Position numbers and translations under genes: made by a program. A stretch of 10,955 bases of DNA from Bacilli bacterium. Its GTDB lineage: Bacteria; Bacillota_I; Bacilli_A; RFN20; CAG-826. The stretch's first letter is position 1, and every line of letters begins with the position of its first letter. This document shows, piece after piece, positions 1-6,812 of this stretch. Where the stretch lies: contig JAZLKX010000013.1 of NCBI GenBank assembly GCA_045597865.1, forward strand, positions 1 through 10,955, read 5' to 3'. Below the pieces are notes generated by a model. That model was not told the DNA's origin and searched no databases. It worked only from the letters and a program-made list of their open reading frames with translations.

Positions 1-40
1 AACGAAGGTGACAACCCATCCAGGGATAGGAACCGGGAAT

Positions 41-104
41 TGTAAACCGAAATAGTGATGGTGTAAACCTGTTTAGGGATAGTGTAAACCAATATAGTTT
101 AACC
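41..104 (+). repeat. Degenerate 21-bp tandem repeat, about 3 units (GTAAACC-N4-TAG-kGATrGT)
   Basis: TGTAAACC occurs at 41, 62 and 83, an exact 21-bp period. Units from position 42: gtaaacc gaaatag tgatggt / gtaaacc tgtttag ggatagt / gtaaacc aatatag tttaacc. Confidence 0.75.
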
Positions 105-158
105 TTCCCAAATCTGTCAACCTTTTTCAGGGAAAGTCACAATCCAATTTTATAACCA

Positions 159-563
159 ATGAAAAAGTATAATCACGCGGCATTGAAATACCAGGTATTG
201 GCAATGCTTCAACAGAAAGGAATTTTAACTCCATCTGAACTTACCGAGAAATTGGCCGACTTCTTCGGCTTGGACGAGCACGAACGCAATGAATCTTATG
301 AAGGTCGCCCGAATGACAAAGTCTTCTACAAATCTGTAGCCACAAATGAACAGCATCTAAAAGCCGCTGGTCTTATGGATTTTCTCCGCAATGGCTGCCA
401 TTGCATCACCCAAAGCGGATTGCAGGCCCTTCAAGACAACAAAGCCACCCTCAAAATTGAATACGCCTACCTTCGTCAATTTCCGGAATATTGCGAATGG
501 TCAAAGAGTCACCATAAAAAATCCGCCACACACGACTGGATAGAGGATTTGCTTCAATTATAG
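159..563 (+). CDS. Stand-alone Mrr N-terminal (Mrr_N-like winged-helix) domain protein, no nuclease domain
   Basis: The pattern VLAMLQ..ELTEKLADFFGLDEHER...F.K.V....HLKAAGL....G...ITQSGLQAL...YLRQFPEY resembles the N-terminal domain of Mrr type IV restriction proteins. The ORF ends at 134 aa, before any catalytic Mrr_cat (D..QxK) domain. Confidence 0.75.
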   Translation: MKKYNHAALKYQVLAMLQQKGILTPSELTEKLADFFGLDEHERNESYEGRPNDKVFYKSVATNEQHLKAAGLMDFLRNGCHCITQSGLQALQDNKATLKIEYAYLRQFPEYCEWSKSHHKKSATHDWIEDLLQL

Positions 564-587
564 TCAATCATTTTTAATACCATATTT

Positions 588-2402
588 ATGAAAATCAAGA
601 AAAAATCATTTAACGCTATCAATGCTTTGACTAAAACATCCTGTGTTTTAGAGGAATCCAAATTCCATTTCTTCCAATGCTTCAATCCTGAATTCGAATG
701 TGTTTCTGTGAAACATAGCCGACCATCCAAGATTTCGAAATTAATGCAAGACCCAGACTGGGACATTGAGCACGACGTACCTGTCGATGTCTCAGATATT
801 TTTGACATAGAAGAAGACCAACTATCCATAGAGGAAAATTTTGATTTCATTAGAGAGGATGTGCTGCAACTATCGGAGCTTCTGAAGACCACACCCGAGG
901 AAACCCTTTTCTTCATAGCGACGTACTCCGTTCAACTGAGTCAAGGTTGCGTGGACAATCAGTCGATTGCCTCCTTTTTTGACATCAACAAAATAGAGTT
1001 TCTTCGTCTGCTTGCAATAAAGGAATCCTTAGTCAAGAAAGGGCACTTACGACTTAAGGAAAGCAGAGCATGTAAAGACGGGTTCTTCGTTTGCACAACA
1101 GCAGAACGCTGTATTTTAGAAAACAAGCCATTCAAGAAACAGAAATCCGTCCAAACAGACCGTTACAAATTTTGCCGACGGATTACCAACCTCATCGAGG
1201 AACGCGACGACGAAAATATCGTTACCCCTGAATTGTTTATGATGGTGGAAGAAGAAGAGGTTCAATATCGTCAGCTAAAATTCATCCAAGCGTTGAAAAA
1301 GATGGTGCAAAATGTGGAAGACCGCACGATTTTCTATAATATCTGCGATGGATATGTCAACGGCCGGAACCGGCAAGTTCTTGTGGATGCTATGCTTTCC
1401 CATATCTATGACGGCAACCGCCAACGCTTTGCGGTCGCCAAGTCAATGATTGACACGAAGCACATCCTGATACAAGAAAATTTGGTTGAGATGTTGCCAG
1501 CACACTTCATCTCAGACGCCGAAACGACCCTCTCAGAGAAAGGAAAACGACTGTTTTTGGAGGAGGACTACGAGCTGTTCTGCAATGAAAGCATCAAAAA
1601 TACTCGCTTGATTAGGCCGGAAAACATCCCTGAACGCAGACTCTTTTTTAATGAGCAGCTGGAAAAAGATTTGAATTTTCTAAAAGATTGTCTGATGGAA
1701 GAACGCTTTCAGGAGTTGCAAAACGACTTAAAGGACAACGGAATGTCCACCGGCATCAACATACTGCTGTACGGGTTGCCGGGCACGGGCAAAACCGCAT
1801 CAGCGGAGATGATTGCCAAAGCCACAGGGCGAAGCGTCTATCATGTGGATATTGCTGCTTCCAAAAGCTGCTGGTTCGGGCAAAGCGAAAAACTATTCAA
1901 AAAAATCTTTGAGGACTACGAAAGTATGTCAAAAAGCGAGAAATTAAAGCCCATCTTGCTTTTCAACGAAGCTGACGCACTCTTTGGCAAACGCAAAAAT
2001 GTAGATACTGGAAATTTAACACAAACCGAGAATGCCCTGCAAAATATCCTGCTGGAACAAATGGAGAAAATGGATGGTATCCTGATTGCTACCACCAATC
2101 TGTGCGACAATCTGGACTCCGCCTTCGACCGCCGTTTCCTTTTCAAAATCCAATTTGGAAACCCCGACGTACAAGCGAAAAAGTCTATCTGGCACAGCAA
2201 GCTGGAATGGTTGTCTGAAGCCGAGTGTGAGCATTTTGCGAAAAAATTCAACCTCTCGGGAGGCGAAATTGACAACATTGTACGCAAGTGCCTGATGGAA
2301 AAAGTGCTCAACAAGACTAATCCAACCGTGACAATGTTGGAATCTTGGTGCAAGGCGGAAAAACTTAACAAAGGAGATAAAACTATCGGATTTACTCAAT
2401 AA
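588..2402 (+). CDS. AAA+ family ATPase (SpoVK/Ycf46/Vps4-like C-terminal module) with a long N-terminal region
   Basis: Walker A GLPGTGKT, pore-loop region SCWFGQSEK, variant Walker B ILLFNEAD, sensor-1/second region of homology IATTNLCDNLDSAFDRRF, and LSGGEIDN. An alternative in-frame ATG lies at 744. Confidence 0.9.
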   Translation: MKIKKKSFNAINALTKTSCVLEESKFHFFQCFNPEFECVSVKHSRPSKISKLMQDPDWDIEHDVPVDVSDIFDIEEDQLSIEENFDFIREDVLQLSELLKTTPEETLFFIATYSVQLSQGCVDNQSIASFFDINKIEFLRLLAIKESLVKKGHLRLKESRACKDGFFVCTTAERCILENKPFKKQKSVQTDRYKFCRRITNLIEERDDENIVTPELFMMVEEEEVQYRQLKFIQALKKMVQNVEDRTIFYNICDGYVNGRNRQVLVDAMLSHIYDGNRQRFAVAKSMIDTKHILIQENLVEMLPAHFISDAETTLSEKGKRLFLEEDYELFCNESIKNTRLIRPENIPERRLFFNEQLEKDLNFLKDCLMEERFQELQNDLKDNGMSTGINILLYGLPGTGKTASAEMIAKATGRSVYHVDIAASKSCWFGQSEKLFKKIFEDYESMSKSEKLKPILLFNEADALFGKRKNVDTGNLTQTENALQNILLEQMEKMDGILIATTNLCDNLDSAFDRRFLFKIQFGNPDVQAKKSIWHSKLEWLSEAECEHFAKKFNLSGGEIDNIVRKCLMEKVLNKTNPTVTMLESWCKAEKLNKGDKTIGFTQ

Positions 2403-2587
2403 ATAATGATCCCATTCCTGCCCACTCTTTATAGAAAGAAAACATTGCGGATCCAAAAATCCGAAAAGAAAGGTTTGAACGGCACAGACAGCCTGCACGG
2501 AATCATATAAAAAAATATATTTTGCGGCACGAAATGAGCCGAAGAGTTTCCTTTTCGCCATTAATAAACATAAAAACAAATAATTTG

Positions 2588-2595
2588 TATTTTTG
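2588..2595 (+). promoter_or_regulatory. Bacteroidota sigma-A -7 box (TATTTTTG)
   Basis: Exact TAnnTTTG match 24 nt upstream of the ATG at 2620. Confidence 0.6.
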
Positions 2596-2619
2596 CAGAC
2601 CTATAGACCTCGGAATAAA

Positions 2620-2925
2620 ATGAAAAACGTTAAAATTACCGTTATCAGAAAAGCCTGTTATCCGGATTTGATGGAGCAATACGAAAACCCCATCGAACAC
2701 GCCTGCGACTTGCGCGAAGGTCAGGTCTTCGTTTCCAAAAACGCACAGCGTCCCGAGCATTTTTGCGAAAGCGCATGGGGAAGCGTGAAAGAGTTCGTGG
2801 AAGTTCTCGCCAACGGGGGCGGCAATTTCTATGACGGCTGGATGAAGAATCCTTACTCAGCTATGATTTCCTGCAACGACGGATTCCGCCCCGTGAGTTT
2901 CCTGCTGGAAGCCGAACATCACTAA
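2620..2925 (+). CDS. TIGR04076-family small Cys-containing protein
   Basis: MKNVKITVIRKACYPDLMEQYENPIEHAC...FCESAW...ISCNDGFRPVSF matches this family as I recall it. ATG 2620 is preferred over TTG 2593, which overlaps the promoter box. Confidence 0.8.
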   Translation: MKNVKITVIRKACYPDLMEQYENPIEHACDLREGQVFVSKNAQRPEHFCESAWGSVKEFVEVLANGGGNFYDGWMKNPYSAMISCNDGFRPVSFLLEAEHH

Positions 2926-3000
2926 GGCGGATACACAGAACCAACGGCGCAGTTACTCAAACAACTGATAAACACGACTAAGAAGTATCCCCAAAAGCAT

Positions 3001-3777
3001 TTACTTTATCCCTTGCAGCTTGCACCAGATGCTCATAAGACATCGATGGGGAAGCAATTTGATAAACAGAAGCTGGGCTCGCGCAATAAAGCCGTATGTA
3101 GATATATCACGTCCGCGAAGTAAATCTCGCCACCCTCGATCTACCACATCGACAGGATCGTACATGGCATTGAAGTAGTGAACCCTGCTTTTTTCGCTTT
3201 GGGCACTGGCCACATCTATGAATTCGGTCTTGGTCCAATATGGACAAAGTGCCGTAACGCTTATACCCTGCGGTCTCAATTCCTTCCATAATCCGCGACT
3301 GAAACTGAGAACAAAGGCTTTGGTAGCTGCATATTCTGCCACATAGGGTACCGGCAGGAAAGCTGCCACGGATGCGATATTCAAAATTCGCGAACCTCTC
3401 TTCATGAAAGGCAGACAAGTATAGCACATGTTCATGACAGCCTTACAGTTAAGGTCAAGCATCTGATTGGCAACTTCACAAGCAACTTCGGTGACGGCCT
3501 GGAATTTTCCGAAACCGGCAGCATTGACCAACAATACCACCTGCGCTTCTTCTTCCATCAGCATTTTTGCCAATGTCTGGAAACAGTCCTGTTGCGAAAG
3601 ATCCATCGGCAAAGTACGGACTGTCTGTCCAGGGAGCTGCTCTGACAAAGCAAGTAAACGGTCTTCTCGACGGGCAATAATCCACAATTCGTCAAATTTG
3701 ACGTGATCTGCGGCTGTCAGCGCAAATCGTGCTCCTATTCCACTGGAAGCTCCTGTAATGACAGCTACTGTTTTCAT
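3001..3777 (-). CDS. Classical short-chain dehydrogenase/reductase (SDR), probably NADP(H)-dependent
   Basis: TGASSGIG glycine-rich motif, ARR basic residues after beta-2, VNAAG, catalytic Ser (IASVA) and YAATK (YxxxK). Confidence 0.93.
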   Translation of the reverse strand: MKTVAVITGASSGIGARFALTAADHVKFDELWIIARREDRLLALSEQLPGQTVRTLPMDLSQQDCFQTLAKMLMEEEAQVVLLVNAAGFGKFQAVTEVACEVANQMLDLNCKAVMNMCYTCLPFMKRGSRILNIASVAAFLPVPYVAEYAATKAFVLSFSRGLWKELRPQGISVTALCPYWTKTEFIDVASAQSEKSRVHYFNAMYDPVDVVDRGWRDLLRGRDISTYGFIARAQLLFIKLLPHRCLMSIWCKLQGIK

Positions 3778-3815
3778 GTTGTGCGTTTTTTACGGTTAAT
3801 ATTGAATGAAACAGG

Positions 3816-3845
3816 CAAAAATACAACTTTTTTATCATTATCAAA
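3816..3845 (-). promoter_or_regulatory. Bacteroidota promoter for the SDR gene
   Basis: Minus-strand TATTTTTG (3823-3816) with TTTG (3845-3842) 18 nt upstream; 38 nt before the SDR start codon. Confidence 0.6.
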
Positions 3846-4054
3846 TGCCTGCAATGCTGACTTTTCTGTTCAACTGTTAATCTGATATTCAAATAATAAA
3901 TATAATCCTCATCTATTTTATCAATAAGCCGTTTCATAAAACAGATTATTTGCTATGATAATTTAATGTTTCTTTGCAAAAAACTTATTGAAAACAAAGT
4001 AAAGTTCCGGAATTCGAATTATTCATAATTATTAACCTTTAAAATTTTCGCATT

Positions 4055-5014
4055 ATGTATGATGGATTTTTATTTCACGGATTGACTTGGGAAACAATGC
4101 TGATGTGGTGCATAGTGACCCTTGGCTTGATTGTTCTGAATGAACTGACCCGGCGTAATTTCCGGATTGCACTCCTGATGTTTCTGTTTTTGCCCGTACT
4201 GCTGCCTTTTATTCTATGGCTTCCCTACACTGCTACACCAGGCACGGGCGCCAGTACCGGGACTTGGTTCCATTGGGTGAAAGTCTATTCGGCCATCGCC
4301 GGCTGTTTGGGCTTCATGTTTATCCGATATTATGGAACCGGAAATTCGCTGAAACCTTGTGGCAAAAATTGCAACAACGATCAAAAAATTCCTAAACTTC
4401 TTCTGCTCTTCCCTCCTGTCATCCTGTCTGTCAACATTCTGGAAGCCTGTATAAGAGATTTTCAGGTTTACGGCATGCATGCAACCGGCCAGATTATCGA
4501 TGGAGTCACCATGTTATCCGGACCATGGAACATCATGAACGGAATTGCCGGACTGCTGAATATACTGACTATTTCAGGATGGATGGGCATTACCATCTCC
4601 AAAGACAAGAGCCGCGATATGCTGTGGCCGGACATGATGTGGTTTTGGATAATAGCATACGACTTGTGGAACTTTGCGTATGTTTACAACTGCGTATCAG
4701 ACCATGCTTTTTATGCCGGTGCTGCCCTTCTGGTATCCTGCACTATCCCGGCATTCTTCATCAAGAGAGACGCATGGCTGCAACATAGGGCACACACTTT
4801 AGCCTTGTGGATGATGTTTACCATGAGTGTTCCGATGTTTGTTGACAGTCCCCGGTTCGGCGTGCAGGCTTCGCATGATCCCAAAGCTCTCTTTACCGTA
4901 AGTTGCATCTCTCTGCTGGCTAATATTGCAGTATATGTCTATCATATACGTACCATTGCCAAACGCAGGAAAAACCCGTTTGTAGAACCCGTTTACAAAG
5001 ATCTTTCTGAGTAA
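4055..5014 (+). CDS. DUF5692-like polytopic membrane protein
   Basis: 319 aa with many hydrophobic segments. Motifs LNELTRR, TWFHWVKVYS, NILEA, WNIMNGIAG, WPDM.WFWIIAYDLWNFAY.YNC and WLQHRA.TL match the family as I recall it. Confidence 0.8.
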   Translation: MYDGFLFHGLTWETMLMWCIVTLGLIVLNELTRRNFRIALLMFLFLPVLLPFILWLPYTATPGTGASTGTWFHWVKVYSAIAGCLGFMFIRYYGTGNSLKPCGKNCNNDQKIPKLLLLFPPVILSVNILEACIRDFQVYGMHATGQIIDGVTMLSGPWNIMNGIAGLLNILTISGWMGITISKDKSRDMLWPDMMWFWIIAYDLWNFAYVYNCVSDHAFYAGAALLVSCTIPAFFIKRDAWLQHRAHTLALWMMFTMSVPMFVDSPRFGVQASHDPKALFTVSCISLLANIAVYVYHIRTIAKRRKNPFVEPVYKDLSE

Positions 5015-5065
5015 ACGATTCACTTATCATAAACTTGATTGACAAATTTTAAAACTGCTGTCACC

Positions 5066-6346
5066 ATGTTTTTAACCTTCATCATTTTCATCTTGGCAGT
5101 GTTAGGAGTCGATATCCTGACTCTGCCTTTTTTAAAGAAGTTCTCAATAAAAGAAAGAGTTTCCGAAATTTTGAAGCCTCTGTTGTCCAAAGAAACAACG
5201 GCCGGTTACTTTTTACTGGCTTGCACGGTAGCATCGCTCATCATTGCAAACACCCATTGCGGACCGGCATATCTTGACTTCTGGAACCACTCCATAGGCG
5301 GACATCCTTTTTCTCATTGGATAGATGACGGACTGATGGCGGTTTTCTTTCTGCTGGTAGGTTTGGAATTAAAAAGGGAACTGCTATATGGGGAACTTAA
5401 ATCAATGAAGCAAGCCATTCTGCCCATTTTTGCGGCCATAGGAGGAATGCTGGTTCCAGCTGTCATTTATATAATTTTCACCTGGGGGCAGGCAGTACAG
5501 ATGGGGTTCGGCATTCCGATGGCCACTGATATAGCATTTGTACTGGCTATTTTAGCAGTTTTAGGTTCCCGTGTTCCCAAACCATTGAAAATTTTCCTCA
5601 CGGCACTGGCAGTGATTGACGATTTAGGCGCTGTTATTGTAATTGCAGTATTCTACACTTCCAATTTCACTTTTCTGTACTTATTGTTGGCGCTCATACT
5701 CTTAGGCCTGATTTTCGTGATCGGACAAATAGCGAAGGCGGATACTCATGCCAAAGCGAACTGGCTGATTGTATTCTCGTTACTCGCTGGCGTCGGCGTC
5801 TGGATACTGCTGATGCGTTCGGGGATACATGCCAGCATTGCCGGAGTTTTGGTAGCTATGGCCATTCCCTCTTACCATGGTGCTGAAGATGCGCCCGCGG
5901 CGCGACTGGAACACGGACTGCACCTGCCCGTCTATTTTTTCGTTTTACCCCTATTCATCTTGTCTAATATGGCTATTCCTCTGAATCACATTTTACCCGT
6001 TGCAGAATCGGCAAGTACGGGTTTGGGCATATTCTTCTCACAAGCACATGTAACAGGGATTATGGCAGGATTATTGCTCGGCAAGCCGGCAGGCATCATC
6101 ATGGGCGTTTTGCTTGTTCTGACCTTGCGCTGGGGCGCATTGCCGGAAGGAATATCGGTCAAACATATCGTTGGAGCGGGATTTTTAGGCGGAATAGGAT
6201 TTACCATGGCCATTTTCATCTCTGCCCTCTCATTCGACGACAGCATGCTCATCGACACGGCCAAACTGGCAGTCGTTGGAGCATCGGTAATATCGGCAGC
6301 TGCAGGTACTATCATCTTAAGCCATGGAACGAAGAAAAAAGTATGA
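5066..6346 (+). CDS. nhaA: Na+/H+ antiporter NhaA
   Basis: WIDDGLMAVFFLLVGLELKRE, AAIGGM.VPA, GIPMATDIAF, LAVIDDLGA (catalytic DD), SGIHA, GKP.GI and GIGFTM.IF. Start could be ATG 5066 or TTG 5039. Confidence 0.95.
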   Translation: MFLTFIIFILAVLGVDILTLPFLKKFSIKERVSEILKPLLSKETTAGYFLLACTVASLIIANTHCGPAYLDFWNHSIGGHPFSHWIDDGLMAVFFLLVGLELKRELLYGELKSMKQAILPIFAAIGGMLVPAVIYIIFTWGQAVQMGFGIPMATDIAFVLAILAVLGSRVPKPLKIFLTALAVIDDLGAVIVIAVFYTSNFTFLYLLLALILLGLIFVIGQIAKADTHAKANWLIVFSLLAGVGVWILLMRSGIHASIAGVLVAMAIPSYHGAEDAPAARLEHGLHLPVYFFVLPLFILSNMAIPLNHILPVAESASTGLGIFFSQAHVTGIMAGLLLGKPAGIIMGVLLVLTLRWGALPEGISVKHIVGAGFLGGIGFTMAIFISALSFDDSMLIDTAKLAVVGASVISAAAGTIILSHGTKKKV

Positions 6347-6379
6347 TGTTCTCCAAATTACAGTATAATGCTCCCAAAT

Positions 6380-6397
6380 TTTAGCCCAACGGCTAAA
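6380..6397. terminator. Short hairpin downstream of nhaA, possible terminator
   Basis: TTTAGCC-caac-GGCTAAA, a 7-bp perfect stem between convergent transcription units. The U-tract is weak. Confidence 0.35.
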
Positions 6398-6402
6398 GTG
6401 AT

Positions 6403-6410
6403 TATCTTTG
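6403..6410 (+). promoter_or_regulatory. Bacteroidota -7 box (TATCTTTG) with no intact downstream + strand gene
   Basis: Exact TAnnTTTG followed by CA. The first downstream ATG (6451) reads ATG AAA TAA. Confidence 0.45.
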
Positions 6411-6500
6411 CACAAAATTCAAAAAAAAAAGAGACCGAACTGAAAAAGTCATGAAATAAAAATGTAAATCTGCAACGTTAAACCAGCAAAGAAAACCACC

Positions 6501-6803
6501 TTAACCTGCAAGAAAAATGGTCCGAAGAAAGGGACACATTATAGTTTTGTGATATTTTAGTTTTTTTTTGTGGTTTGTACCTGTTTTAGTTTTTAATGGT
6601 TCTGTTTTGCATATAGATTTAAATGAGTATTTATGACATTTGAATAATTGGGATTTAAGCAAGAGTTCCCAAGCATTTACAGCAAGGATAGCGAAAGCAT
6701 CTTCTCTATACTTAAAGTCAGGTTTGTTATATAACTCGATAGCCGACAACATACAATTAATCGACTTATCTAACAATGCTCTATATATGGGATTAACTTT
6801 CAT
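6501..6803 (-). pseudogene. Truncated DUF3644 (HEPN-like) domain gene
   Basis: LLDKSINCMLSAIELYNKPDFKYREDAFAILAVNAWELLLK is the characteristic DUF3644 N-terminus. The ORF is only 100 aa, has no Rx4-6H HEPN motif, and ends in an unrelated-looking tail (MCPFLRTIFLAG). Confidence 0.7.
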
Positions 6804-6812
6804 ATATACTTC

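Noticed and set aside
41-104. CRISPR array interpretation of the 21-bp repeats
   Set aside because: The period is too short, the variable part is only ~4 nt, and no cas genes are present.
2385-2399. C-terminal IGF of the ATPase as a ClpP-docking loop
   Set aside because: Terminal IGF is common in this type of AAA+ protein and the architecture is not Clp/Hsp100.
554-2760. Alternative ORFs 554-916, 1688-1912, 1916-2371, 2016-2579, 2086-2295 and 2503-2760
   Set aside because: They are shadow frames of the ATPase and TIGR04076 genes with no recognisable motifs.
3107-6315. Small ORFs overlapping SDR, DUF5692 and nhaA, and the intergenic ORFs 3692-3937 and 3703-3885
   Set aside because: They overlap well-supported genes or promoter sequence and show no protein-family signal.
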